64,000 nucleotides of DNA from Candidatus Cloacimonadales bacterium. Lineage in GTDB: Bacteria; Cloacimonadota; Cloacimonadia; Cloacimonadales; JAFGVF01. The DNA lies in assembly GCA_963667035.1 (NCBI GenBank), contig OY762964.1:864001-928000 (forward strand), in the 5' to 3' direction. Made by a program: the position numbers and the translations under genes. The notes beneath the pieces were generated by a model. That model was not told the origin of the DNA. It did no database searches and saw only the letters and a list, made by a program, of their open reading frames with translations. Below are positions 18,138-28,480 of the stretch, in pieces (within the stretch, counting starts at the first letter, position 1; the number at the start of each line of letters is the position of its first letter).

Positions 18138-20156
18138 ATGGGAAAATATTTAGTAACAAGCGCTTTACCGTATGCAAACGGTAAACTTCATATAGGACAC
18201 GTTGCCGGAGCTTATTTACCGGCTGATATATTCGTGAGATACAGAAGATTGCATGAAGAAGATGTAATCTATATTTGCGGAACCGACGAGCATGGTGCAC
18301 CAATCTCGATTGCTGCCGAGAAAGAGGGACTAAAGCCACAGGATATAGTGGATAGATACCATAAGAGTATTAAAGATAGTTTTGACGGACTTAACATCGA
18401 CTTCGATAACTTCTCGGGTACTGCAAGAAAACCACATCACGGTTTAGCTCAACAGTTCTTTACCGAGTTGCTTGCTAACGGTTACATAACTACCAAACAT
18501 AGCAGTCAATTCTTTGATGAGAAAGAGAATAGGTTCTTACCTGACAGATACATAGAAGGAATATGCCCTCATTGTAATGCTGAAGGAGCCAGGGGTGATC
18601 AATGCGATGCTTGCGGTAAACTAATTGATGCAGAGACTTTGATTAATCCCGTGAGTAAGATATCTGGTTCAACACCTGTCTTGAAAGAGACTTATCATTG
18701 GTATCTGGACCTGCCTAAATTTAATGAGAAACTTCAAACCTGGCTCGGAAGTAAGGACTACTGGAAAGAGAATGTTGTTAATTTCATCATGAGCTGGTTG
18801 AAAGAAGGTTTGATTGAAAGAGCTATTACAAGAGATATAAACTGGGGCGTGCCTGTTCCTGTGGACAATGCCGAGGGAAAAGTACTTTATGTATGGTTTG
18901 ATGCACCTATCGGTTATATATCATCAACCAAAGAATGGGCGGAGCGTATCGGTGAGCCCGATAGATGGAAAGATTATTGGCTTGATAAAGAAACAAAGAT
19001 GATTCACTTCATCGGAAAAGACAATATTCCGTTCCATACAATAATCTGGCCGGCTCTATTAATGGGACAGAATGAAGGTTATGTATTACCTTATGATGTT
19101 CCTGCTAACGAATATTTGACTCTTGAGGGTGACAAGATTTCCACTAGCCGTAATTGGGCTATATGGGTGGAAGATTTTCTTAAACATTTTGATGGTGAGT
19201 ATCTGAGATATGTCTTAGCCGCTAATGCACCCGAGAGCAAAGATGCCGATTTCAATTGGAAAGAGTTTCAGGGTAAGATAAACAGTGAGCTTAATAACGT
19301 ATTCGGTAATCTTGTTAATCGTGTGTTTACTTTCACTAAGAAACGCTTTGAAGGTGTTATTGCAAAACCTGAAAACTTAAGCGATTATGCAGTAAATACT
19401 CTCAACGAAGTTGATACGCTGATAGCTGAAGTTGATAAAGCTTATGCAGGTTATCAAGTAAGAAGAGCTGTGAAGACTATTATGGATATTGCCCGAATAG
19501 GTAACAAATACTTTGATGAGACTCAACCTTGGAAGACTGTGAAAGAAACTCCGGAACAAACACAGGAAACTCTCTATGTTTGCGGAGAGATTATCAGAAA
19601 GATTTCAGTGGTATTTTATCCCGTAATGCCAAAGCATACAGAAACATTGCGTAAGATGATGAATCTCGAGCCAAAGCCGGTTTGGTCAAGTCTTGAGGGA
19701 GTTGAAACAATAGAACTTGGAGAGATTACTGCTCTCTTTAATAAGGTTGAAGATAAACAGGTTGAAGAGCAATTAGCCCTTCTTGAAGCTAATACAAAAG
19801 CAAACCGGAAGAAAGAAGTTGTACCTTTTAAAGAAGAAGTAGAGTTTGATGACTTCATGAAGCTGGATTTTAGAGTTGTGAAGATTATCTCAGCCGAGAA
19901 AGTGAAGAAAGCGGATAAGCTTCTGAAGGTTGAAGTTGAGGACGGAACAGGAATCAGAACAGTTGTTGCAGGTGTAGCTAAATACTACAAGCCGGAAGAC
20001 ATTATAGGCAAGAAAGTTATCATGTTAGTTAACCTGAAACCAAGAAAGCTTAGAGGTATTGAATCTCAAGGTATGATACTTGCTTGCTCTGATGATGAGA
20101 ACTTATCATTCCTTTCCCCTGAAAAAGATTTTGATCCCGGGACGGTAGTATCTTAG
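18138..20156 (+). CDS. metG: Methionyl-tRNA synthetase with C-terminal tRNA-binding domain
   Basis: HIGH motif, zinc knuckle, KISTS and C-terminal LRGIESQGM. Confidence 0.98.
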   Translation: MGKYLVTSALPYANGKLHIGHVAGAYLPADIFVRYRRLHEEDVIYICGTDEHGAPISIAAEKEGLKPQDIVDRYHKSIKDSFDGLNIDFDNFSGTARKPHHGLAQQFFTELLANGYITTKHSSQFFDEKENRFLPDRYIEGICPHCNAEGARGDQCDACGKLIDAETLINPVSKISGSTPVLKETYHWYLDLPKFNEKLQTWLGSKDYWKENVVNFIMSWLKEGLIERAITRDINWGVPVPVDNAEGKVLYVWFDAPIGYISSTKEWAERIGEPDRWKDYWLDKETKMIHFIGKDNIPFHTIIWPALLMGQNEGYVLPYDVPANEYLTLEGDKISTSRNWAIWVEDFLKHFDGEYLRYVLAANAPESKDADFNWKEFQGKINSELNNVFGNLVNRVFTFTKKRFEGVIAKPENLSDYAVNTLNEVDTLIAEVDKAYAGYQVRRAVKTIMDIARIGNKYFDETQPWKTVKETPEQTQETLYVCGEIIRKISVVFYPVMPKHTETLRKMMNLEPKPVWSSLEGVETIELGEITALFNKVEDKQVEEQLALLEANTKANRKKEVVPFKEEVEFDDFMKLDFRVVKIISAEKVKKADKLLKVEVEDGTGIRTVVAGVAKYYKPEDIIGKKVIMLVNLKPRKLRGIESQGMILACSDDENLSFLSPEKDFDPGTVVS

Positions 20157-20194
20157 CAAAAATCTCAACTATATTCCTGTTACTATTCGTAACT

Positions 20195-21559
20195 TTGTCA
20201 CTCTTCTCTTTCAAAATTGAGGGAGAGGAACTGTTCGTTGATGTATTAATAGCATCCGGTGATTCATTGATGCTTGATTCTGTGACCTTTGATCTTGTTG
20301 ACAAAGAGGTAGAATCGTTATCTACACCTATAGCAGTCACGATTGATACAACTTATGCTGACATTAAGTACCTGACAAAGGAACGGCATCAGTATGCTGA
20401 GCGTTGTATTGAACATAGATTATTCTTAAAAAATATGCACCTATCTGAGGTAGATGAGTGGTATTATAGCCTGAATAATCTGGAAGTTATGATGCATGAG
20501 AAGTCCGGTGGTGGAGATCTTATTGAGCGTGAAATACACTTTGGCAGGTTCATGATAAATAGTAATGGTGAAGAGAGATTCACTAAGTCCCGAATAACAA
20601 AATTCGATGCAGTAGCATTGACTATTGATGGTTTTGAAGGTACCTATTCCGGTACCTTCAGTTTACTTGCTCATGAAGGAAAAATTGGGATTGTACAACA
20701 GGTTCCTTTTGAGGAGTATGTGATTGGTGTTGTCGCTTCTGAGATAGGTGACTTTGCACCTGATGAAGCTCTAAAAGCCCAAGCGATAGCAGCAAGAAGT
20801 AAGACTGTCAGAACCCTATTGCACCCTCGAAATGAATATCCCTATATTGATTTCTGTAATACTACCACAACACAAGTCTATAGAGGAACCGATAAAGTTA
20901 GACCAAATATCAGGGAGGCTGTTGAAGCCACAAAGGGGCAGGTTCTTACCTATAACGAAGATATTATTGATGCACTCTTTAGTAGTAATTGCGGAGGAGT
21001 AACCGAATCAAATAATAATGTCTGGAAAGGTGATGCTATTCCATACTTACAAAGTGTAAGTGATATCCCGATTGCAGTTGATTACAATTTAAAATCGGAC
21101 GCAGGAGCGAAAAGCTGGATTGATTCAAAATATGTTCCCGAGTCAAAGCAGGAACTTGCCAGTTGGCAGAAGAAGTATTTTCATTGGGTAAGAAATGTTA
21201 AGATAGAAGATGTAGAAGCCAAGACAGGAATAAATAGGATTCTGGATGTTAAAGTACTTAAAAGGGGAGATTCGGGAAGAGTCCTTCAACTACAAGTTAA
21301 TGGTGATGAATCAAAGATACTTAAGAATCAAAGCGAGATTAGAGCAGTCTTTGGAGGACTACCAAGCTCTTTATGCTATTTTGTTAGGACAAAAAGCGGA
21401 TTTAAGGTTATAGGCAGAGGATACGGACACGGAGTAGGCATGTGTCAATCCGGTGCAATAGTCAAAGCTTTTGACGGATGGAATTATAAAAGGATTCTTT
21501 CTCATTATTATCACGGAACAGAGATAGATACCCTTAAGATACTTGATATTTACAAATAA
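20195..21559 (+). CDS. SpoIID/LytB domain protein (start uncertain)
   Basis: EEYVIGVVASE, ALKAQAIAARS and GYGHGVGMCQSGA motifs. Confidence 0.9.
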   Translation: MSLFSFKIEGEELFVDVLIASGDSLMLDSVTFDLVDKEVESLSTPIAVTIDTTYADIKYLTKERHQYAERCIEHRLFLKNMHLSEVDEWYYSLNNLEVMMHEKSGGGDLIEREIHFGRFMINSNGEERFTKSRITKFDAVALTIDGFEGTYSGTFSLLAHEGKIGIVQQVPFEEYVIGVVASEIGDFAPDEALKAQAIAARSKTVRTLLHPRNEYPYIDFCNTTTTQVYRGTDKVRPNIREAVEATKGQVLTYNEDIIDALFSSNCGGVTESNNNVWKGDAIPYLQSVSDIPIAVDYNLKSDAGAKSWIDSKYVPESKQELASWQKKYFHWVRNVKIEDVEAKTGINRILDVKVLKRGDSGRVLQLQVNGDESKILKNQSEIRAVFGGLPSSLCYFVRTKSGFKVIGRGYGHGVGMCQSGAIVKAFDGWNYKRILSHYYHGTEIDTLKILDIYK

Positions 21560-21629
21560 TGATTGACTTTGATTTAGAATTAAAGAAAAATAACATAAAT
21601 AATGAAAAGCGTGAAGGAGATAAGGCAGT

Positions 21630-22610
21630 ATGATTAATATGACAACCAAATATCTCGGGTTAACCCTAAAGAATCCAATAGTAATAGCTTCGAGTGGTCT
21701 AACCAATAATCTGGAATCTTTGATTGAATTGGAAAAGAACAACGCAGGTGCGGTAGTTTTAAAATCATTGTTTGAAGAACAGATTAGAATGCAGGTTGAA
21801 TCAGCCTTAAAAGACAGTATTAATCAATATCCCGGAGGAGAAGATTATCTCCGTTATTATGAAGAAAGAAATGTTTTAGATAACTACCTGAAGCTAATAA
21901 AAGATGCAAAAGCTAATCTTTCTATCCCTGTAATTGCCAGTTTAAACTGTACAACCGGTGGTGAATGGACTAAATTTGCTAAAGAAATAGAAAAAGCTGG
22001 TGCGGATGCAATCGAAGTTAATATATTCAGATTACCCTTTGATCTTCAGGATAGTAAAGCTGTTCACGAAGAGACTTATGGTCATATAATCAGAGATATC
22101 AAAGCTAATGTCAGCATTCCTGTTGCAGCTAAGATTGGTAAGTTCTTTACTAATCCTGCTATTTTCATTCAGAAGCTTGCTTTTAGCGGTGCTGACGGTA
22201 TAGTCTTGTTTAATAGATTCTATGGGGTTGATATTGATTTGGATAAAGAAGAAGTTGTGAACGGTAATCATTACAGTACAGCAAATGAGTTTTCGGATGC
22301 TATGAGATGGACTGCTTTCCTTTCAGATAGAATCAAAGCTGATATCTGTGGAAGTACTGGTATTCATACTTGGGAAGAGGGTATGAAAATATTGCTTGCC
22401 GGTGCTACAGCCTTTGAGATTGCCTCAACATTGTACATCAATGGAATTGAGAAGATTAATGACATCCTATCAGGAATGATTAAGTGGATGGAAGCACACA
22501 ATTATACCAGTATTGAGAGTTTAATCGGTAAACTCAAACATTCCGGTGATAAGAACAGCGAGATGTATGAACGAGTTCAATTCATGCTTTATCAAACAAA
22601 GCATGTCTAA
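21630..22610 (+). CDS. Dihydroorotate dehydrogenase-like flavoprotein
   Basis: YLGLTLKNPIVIASS, GAVVLKSLFEEQI and LFNRFY motifs. Confidence 0.88.
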   Translation: MINMTTKYLGLTLKNPIVIASSGLTNNLESLIELEKNNAGAVVLKSLFEEQIRMQVESALKDSINQYPGGEDYLRYYEERNVLDNYLKLIKDAKANLSIPVIASLNCTTGGEWTKFAKEIEKAGADAIEVNIFRLPFDLQDSKAVHEETYGHIIRDIKANVSIPVAAKIGKFFTNPAIFIQKLAFSGADGIVLFNRFYGVDIDLDKEEVVNGNHYSTANEFSDAMRWTAFLSDRIKADICGSTGIHTWEEGMKILLAGATAFEIASTLYINGIEKINDILSGMIKWMEAHNYTSIESLIGKLKHSGDKNSEMYERVQFMLYQTKHV

Positions 22611-22626
22611 ATAGAATGATTTTTAC

Positions 22627-22650
22627 AAAGGGCTACAACAGCCCTTTTTT
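22627..22650 (+). terminator. Intrinsic terminator
   Basis: AAAGGGCT/AGCCCTTT plus T run. Confidence 0.7.
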
Positions 22651-22672
22651 ATTTTACGCCTAAGGATACTTT

Positions 22673-25114
22673 ATGAAAAGAATACTGATTATCACATTTC
22701 TGTTTGTATGTAGTTATCTGCTTTCCGTAAACATGATTATTAACATACCTGATACTAACAAAGAAAACCTTATGGCTCAAGGTAGGGATATTGCCTGCTT
22801 TAAACCCGATAATACACTTGATTTGGTAATAGATGAATCAGAGTTATCAACTTACAGAGTAGTATATCCTAACTTGTCGGTAGTAACTACAGATAATGAG
22901 TTAAGAAGCAATCTTAGAATGAAGACAAGAGATATACCGGGCTATCATGATTATGCTATGCTTTCTCAGGAATTGTATAATCTGCAAATTCAATATCCTA
23001 CTCTCTCAATGTTAACCACTATTGGTGACAGTTGGGGAAAGATTCAATACGATAATGGTAATATGGCTTATTCTGATTACAATCATCAGTTGTTTGCAAT
23101 GAAAGTAAGTGATAATCCGGAAGTCGAGGAAGATGAACCGGTAATCTATTTCGTAGCAGAGCATCATGCCAGAGAACCTATTTCGTTGGAAGTGGTTCTT
23201 AATCTACTTAACTATCTTCTGGAAAACTATTCAATTGATCCCATGATACAAGAATATGTTGATAACTACCAAATTTGGTTCATTCCTTTGCTTAATCCGG
23301 ATGGTCATAAAGTAGTTACTGATGAAGGGGATATTTGGTGGAGAAAGAATATAAGGGACAATGATGAGGATAACATTCTGGATTTACCGAGTAGCTATGG
23401 AAACTCTACCGATGGAGTAGATTTAAATCGCAACTACGGATGGCATTGGGGTAACTTAAATGCTCCCGATGATTTTAACTACGCTACTTATCACGGAACA
23501 GGACCTTTCTCTGAACCGGAGACTCAAGCTTTCAGAGATTTTCTGGAATCAAAACGTCCTTTAGCGGGAATCAGTTATCATTCTTATGGAAACTATGTTC
23601 TCTATCCTTACGGGTATCATTGGAACGTAGAAACAGCAGATAGAGATCTATTTATAGAACTTGCCGGGGATATGGCTCAACTTATTCATCGAACTAACGG
23701 ACAGCCCTATTCTTCCTTTGTTGAATGGCAGCTTTATCCATGTATGGGTGGTACGGATGATTATGCTTACGGTACTTACAGGACCATTGCCCTTACTATT
23801 GAATTGGCTGATACTTTCATTCCGGATGCGTCTCTTGTTCCTGATATCTGCAGCGAGAATCTTAACGGTCAGCTACACTTCCTTGAAAGGTTTAGCAAAT
23901 CAATCTTAAGGGGTCATGTTACAGATTCAGTTACAGGAGAACCTCTTGATGCAAGAATTTTCATAGATGATTTAGATAACATGGGAACCGGGCAATCGGA
24001 TTACAGAACTAATCCGCAATGGGGAAGTTACTACAGAACCCTATTCCCGGGAGATTATACTTTTAGTGTTTCTGCTGACGGTTATGTAACTCAACGTGGT
24101 ATAGAATGCACAATAACAGATAGTACGGAGACTGTAATAGATATTCAAATGATTCCTTCCGGTGAATGTAATCTATTGATACAAATATTGGATGAGAATA
24201 ACTTACCTGTAAGTGACGCCAGTGTATTGATTGGTCATGAGGAGATAGAAACATATCAAGTTGATACATTAGGAAACTTGTCTTTAAACTCAATTCCTGC
24301 GGGAATATACAAAGTAAGAATAGATTATCCGGATTACGGATTGATTGATCGTACTTTGGAAGTTGCACCTGGAAGTACATATTGGACTTTTAATCTTAAT
24401 CCGGCTTCAACTGTTTATGATTTTGAAACAGAGACTAATGATTGGCTAACAAACGGAGCATGGGGGAGAACCGATAGCGAAAGCATGGAAGGAGTTTATT
24501 CCCTTTCAAGTAGAGCTCCTGACCACTTCTTTCAAAGTAACTGCTTTGCACGCCTAGCTCAGCCGATTGATAACTCAAACGGTGATTTGAGTATTGATTT
24601 TTACATGATGCGAGATTTGAATTATCCGGATAATATATGCTATCTTCAAATATCCGAGAACGGTCAGTTCTGGTTTTCTATCGATAGCTATAGAGAAGAC
24701 GAAGAGTGGACACGATATTCTTATGATTTAAGTCAATACAACTTCACAACACTGTACCTCAGATTCAGTCAACGCATTGATTCCGGTAACACTGATGGAG
24801 TATACATAGATAATTTCTCGATTTATCAAAATCAGGTAACGGTACCGGTAGAAGAGAATGCTCAGCTACCGGTGACAAGCAAACTCTCGGTATATCCTAA
24901 TCCCTTTGGAAATAGTATCAACATTAAGAGGGAAGGGATTTCGGATGAAGAAGTCAACATTTATAACGTGAGAGGACAATTAGTTAAAAGTATCAGAACC
25001 ACAAAGGACAATGTGAAGTGGGATGCAACTACGGTTAACGGACAAAAAGCTTGTAACGGTATCTATTTCTTCCAAAGTGGAGCTGTTAGACAAAAGGCAT
25101 TATTACTAAGATAG
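22673..25114 (+). CDS. Secreted M14 zinc carboxypeptidase with C-terminal Por/FlgD-type sorting domain
   Basis: Signal peptide; HHARE, WRKN, GVDLNRNY, HSY and TIEL motifs; VYPNPF...IYNVRGQLVK...GIYF tail. Confidence 0.92.
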   Translation: MKRILIITFLFVCSYLLSVNMIINIPDTNKENLMAQGRDIACFKPDNTLDLVIDESELSTYRVVYPNLSVVTTDNELRSNLRMKTRDIPGYHDYAMLSQELYNLQIQYPTLSMLTTIGDSWGKIQYDNGNMAYSDYNHQLFAMKVSDNPEVEEDEPVIYFVAEHHAREPISLEVVLNLLNYLLENYSIDPMIQEYVDNYQIWFIPLLNPDGHKVVTDEGDIWWRKNIRDNDEDNILDLPSSYGNSTDGVDLNRNYGWHWGNLNAPDDFNYATYHGTGPFSEPETQAFRDFLESKRPLAGISYHSYGNYVLYPYGYHWNVETADRDLFIELAGDMAQLIHRTNGQPYSSFVEWQLYPCMGGTDDYAYGTYRTIALTIELADTFIPDASLVPDICSENLNGQLHFLERFSKSILRGHVTDSVTGEPLDARIFIDDLDNMGTGQSDYRTNPQWGSYYRTLFPGDYTFSVSADGYVTQRGIECTITDSTETVIDIQMIPSGECNLLIQILDENNLPVSDASVLIGHEEIETYQVDTLGNLSLNSIPAGIYKVRIDYPDYGLIDRTLEVAPGSTYWTFNLNPASTVYDFETETNDWLTNGAWGRTDSESMEGVYSLSSRAPDHFFQSNCFARLAQPIDNSNGDLSIDFYMMRDLNYPDNICYLQISENGQFWFSIDSYREDEEWTRYSYDLSQYNFTTLYLRFSQRIDSGNTDGVYIDNFSIYQNQVTVPVEENAQLPVTSKLSVYPNPFGNSINIKREGISDEEVNIYNVRGQLVKSIRTTKDNVKWDATTVNGQKACNGIYFFQSGAVRQKALLLR

Positions 25115-25123
25115 GAGTTAGAC

Positions 25124-25891
25124 ATGGATAATATTGATTTTCAATTGTTTTATTTTTCCGGAACCGGAAATACTATTCTTTTGGTCGATCGTCTTATTGA
25201 AATTCTGGAACAAAGTGGGGAAAAGGTTTTAAAGAGAAGAATAGAGGATAATCCGTCAGTTGATACTAATACACCGATTATCTTAACCTTTCCGATTGCT
25301 TGTTTCTCTACTTATCCGCTTGTATGGAACTTTATCAAGAATATTCCCGAATCAAAGACTGCAACAAAAGTTAGTGTGTTCTACGACATGGCTGGAAGAT
25401 CATTTAATTTTTACAGCTTACTGCATAAGACTTTTAGAAAGAAAGGCTATGCTCCTCAAACTCTTGGAATTATCTTAATGCCAAGTAACATAGTTAAAAC
25501 CCTTCCTCCAGAAGAGAAGCAACAAAACATAATTCAGAATGGGGAAGAGGAAGTAGCTAAATTCGCTAACAATGTAATCAGCGGAGTCAAGAATTGGAAA
25601 TCTAAAGGGATTGCTACCGGTCTTTATAACCGGATGATTCAGAATATGAATTGGTATAAGACTATGAAAGCATGGCAACCTACGCTAGATGAGAGTAAAT
25701 GTACAAAGTGCGGTTTGTGTGCAGATTTGTGTCCAACCAAGAGTATAGAAATGAATGATTACCCCGAGCATCACGATACATGTATGATTTGTCTAAGATG
25801 TATTGGTGTTTGCCCTACTAAAGCATTAAGCTTGGGTAAAACAAAAAGTATACCTTATCTTGCTGTTAAACCTTCAAGATTTAAAGATTAA
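25124..25891 (+). CDS. EFR1-type flavodoxin/ferredoxin fusion
   Basis: YFSGTGNT and two CxxCxxCxxxCP motifs. Confidence 0.9.
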   Translation: MDNIDFQLFYFSGTGNTILLVDRLIEILEQSGEKVLKRRIEDNPSVDTNTPIILTFPIACFSTYPLVWNFIKNIPESKTATKVSVFYDMAGRSFNFYSLLHKTFRKKGYAPQTLGIILMPSNIVKTLPPEEKQQNIIQNGEEEVAKFANNVISGVKNWKSKGIATGLYNRMIQNMNWYKTMKAWQPTLDESKCTKCGLCADLCPTKSIEMNDYPEHHDTCMICLRCIGVCPTKALSLGKTKSIPYLAVKPSRFKD

Positions 25892-25896
25892 TATAG

Positions 25897-25930
25897 AAAA
25901 GGTGAGGAGTTTCTACAACTTCTCACCTTT
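25897..25930. terminator. Bidirectional terminator
   Basis: AAAGGTGAGGAGTT/AACTTCTCACCTTT between convergent genes. Confidence 0.75.
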
Positions 25931-25955
25931 AATAATTATGTATATCTAAGCGTTA

Positions 25956-26717
25956 CTACTTAATTTCAATCCCAACCGGACAATGGTCTGAACCCATTAC
26001 ATCCTGTAAGATAAAAGCATTCTTAATTTCCGAAATGAACTCTTTGTTTACAAAGAAGTAATCAATTCTCCAGCCTGTGTTCCTTTCTCTAGCTTTGAAT
26101 CTATAAGACCACCATGAGTATTGTTGGTCACGTTCATCAAAATATCTGAATGTATCAATGAAACCGTTATCAATAAGCTTATCTAACCAAGCTCTTTCAA
26201 TAGGGAGGAATCCGGAGGTTTGCTCGTTTGCTTTTGGACGGGCAAGGTCTATCGGTTTATGAGCTGTATTATAATCACCGCATACTACAATGTTCTTTCC
26301 GCTCTTTTTGTATTCAAGCATCACTTCCAAAACTCTATCGTAGAATCTAAGTTTGTAATCCAGTCTATCTTCATTCATTTGTCCGTTAGGAAAGTAGATA
26401 TTAAAGAGAGTGAACTTCTCAAACTCGGTCATTACAATTCTTCCTTCAGTTTCAAACTCAGGAGCACCAATCTTGGTGGATTGATTTGTTACGGGAAGGC
26501 TAGTGAAGGTCACAACTCCCGAATATCCCTTCTTTTCGGCAAAATCCCAATATGAGCTACTATATGGTAATTCTTTAATTTCATCAGGGATTTGGTTTTC
26601 TTGAAGTTTTGTTTCCTGCAAACAAAGTACATCAGGCTTGTATTTATTTATTGTATCGGTAAAATCTTTCTTTACTACAGCACGTAATCCGTTTACATTC
26701 CAAGACCATATAATCAT
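25956..26717 (-). CDS. xth: Exodeoxyribonuclease III
   Basis: SWNVNGLR, LQETK, GDYN, GWRIDYF and SDHCP motifs. Confidence 0.96.
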   Translation of the reverse strand: MIIWSWNVNGLRAVVKKDFTDTINKYKPDVLCLQETKLQENQIPDEIKELPYSSSYWDFAEKKGYSGVVTFTSLPVTNQSTKIGAPEFETEGRIVMTEFEKFTLFNIYFPNGQMNEDRLDYKLRFYDRVLEVMLEYKKSGKNIVVCGDYNTAHKPIDLARPKANEQTSGFLPIERAWLDKLIDNGFIDTFRYFDERDQQYSWWSYRFKARERNTGWRIDYFFVNKEFISEIKNAFILQDVMGSDHCPVGIEIK

Positions 26718-26721
26718 ATTA

Positions 26722-27390
26722 TTACTCCTTCGTATGTTTAGTTGTCACACCTATCCGATTACAATATTCATAGATAGGGCAAGTTGAGCATTTCGGGTTA
26801 ATCGGTCGACAGTGATTTTGACCGAATGCAACTAAATAGGAGTTAATATTCAACCAGTATTGCTCCGGAAGCTTTTCTCTAAGTGCCATCTCTGTTTCAA
26901 AGGGTGTCTTTGTATCAACATATCCGAATCTGTTGCTAATCCTGTGTACATGTATATCGACACATATCGCAGGCTTTTTAAAAGCTATCGCTCTAACTAA
27001 GTTTGCAGTTTTACGTCCTACACCCGGAAGTTGAGTTAAATCATCAATTTCATCTGGTATATTACCATCAAACTTACTTTTCAGAGCTTCCGGTAGTTTA
27101 TGAAGATATTTAGCTTTCTGCCTAAAGAACCCAACAGGGAATATCAGTTCTTCCAGTTCTTCAACGGAATGCTTCCTTAAATCATCAGGTTTATCTATTA
27201 CTTTAAATATTCTTTTCACAACTTCGGTTGTTGTCCCGTCTTTTGTTCTCGCACTTAAGATAGTTGCAACCAAAATCTTGAAAGGATCATGAGTCTGAGC
27301 CTCAACCAAATCTACTATCGGAGTCTGATAGGTCGCAAAATACTCACCTAATATTTCATAGATTTTATCAATATTTACTGTTTTGTTCAT
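26722..27390 (-). CDS. nth: Endonuclease III
   Basis: HhH LPGVGRKTA, VDIHVHR and a C-terminal 4Fe-4S Cys motif. Confidence 0.95.
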   Translation of the reverse strand: MNKTVNIDKIYEILGEYFATYQTPIVDLVEAQTHDPFKILVATILSARTKDGTTTEVVKRIFKVIDKPDDLRKHSVEELEELIFPVGFFRQKAKYLHKLPEALKSKFDGNIPDEIDDLTQLPGVGRKTANLVRAIAFKKPAICVDIHVHRISNRFGYVDTKTPFETEMALREKLPEQYWLNINSYLVAFGQNHCRPINPKCSTCPIYEYCNRIGVTTKHTKE

Positions 27391-27785
27391 AAATCTCCTC
27401 ATTTCATCATCGTTTATGAAAGAATAAGTTAATAATGACAGATTGTCGAGAAAAAGATTGCTTTTTATAATAAACAGGAATTTTTTTACTTTTCAGAGTG
27501 CTTCTTGTTTAAGATTTCTGTATGGGAATACGGCATTTTGTCTCCATTTTTCCCCACGGCAATCTGCCGGCAATGGGAAAGCCTCCCGTGGGTCTCCCGT
27601 GGCTTTGCACGAGAGGGTCTGCTCTTGGTCAGGAGAAACCGAAGGGTGCTTATCACATTGCCATCCCGCTCCCGGTGAGGCTCTATGCTCCTTTATTAGA
27701 GCTCATTCATTAAAGCACAGATACTGTACAATTATTCAATTGAGCTATTAACTTGGTTATATGGACGTTTAGAAACAAATTCCAC

Positions 27786-27853
27786 TTGACATATTCTTCA
27801 ATATCTCACAGTTGACTTATTGGTTTGACCATTTAGTCAGACTCATTAGTCAA
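27786..27853 (+). promoter_or_regulatory. Promoter and triple TetR-type operator
   Basis: TTGACA at 27786; GACY-N4-RGTY palindromes at 27814, 27827 and 27840. Confidence 0.65.
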
Positions 27854-27864
27854 GAGGATGAGTT

Positions 27865-28479
27865 ATGGATAATTCCCAGAATACGGAAGAAAGGATTTTT
27901 GACGCAGCGATTGATGCCTTCTGCGACCATGGTTATGATGGCACTAAGATGCAGTTGATAGCGGATAAAGCAGAGATTTCAAAGGCTTCACTTCACTATT
28001 ATTTCAGGAGTAAAGACAGATTATTCGAGCAGGTTGTTAGAAGGCTTTTTTCTGAGTTAATTACCAGAGTAACCGGTGGTCTGCAACCTGAGGATGATAT
28101 TGAGACAATCATCAGGAAGCTTATCTCGGGATACATTAGCACATTTATTAAATACAAGCGACAGACTTATTTCATCTTCTCGGAGATGATGAAACATGAG
28201 AAGTTAGTGGATAAAATAATAGGTGGAGTTATGAATATTGGTAACATCCATCTTATTGCAAAGAGACTGGAAGCAGAGAAGGAATCCGGCACTATCATAG
28301 ATATCTCAGCTGAACACTTGTTAGTAAATATGATCTCAATGAGTGTTTACCCGATTATTGCAGAGCCACTGGTTAGAAGAGTGTTTACTATGGATAAAAA
28401 AGAATATGATAAATTCCTGGAACAACGAGCCGAGATTGTAGCATCCTTTGTTCTAACAGCCGTGATGAAGAGGAGTTAA
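27865..28479 (+). CDS. TetR/AcrR family regulator
   Basis: N-terminal HTH IADKAEISKASLHYYFRSK. Confidence 0.95.
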   Translation: MDNSQNTEERIFDAAIDAFCDHGYDGTKMQLIADKAEISKASLHYYFRSKDRLFEQVVRRLFSELITRVTGGLQPEDDIETIIRKLISGYISTFIKYKRQTYFIFSEMMKHEKLVDKIIGGVMNIGNIHLIAKRLEAEKESGTIIDISAEHLLVNMISMSVYPIIAEPLVRRVFTMDKKEYDKFLEQRAEIVASFVLTAVMKRS

Positions 28480-28480
28480 G

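Noticed and set aside
27443..27751. ORFs of 102 and 63 aa upstream of tetR
   Set aside because: They have no RBS or family motif and probably arise from the GC-rich repeat patch.
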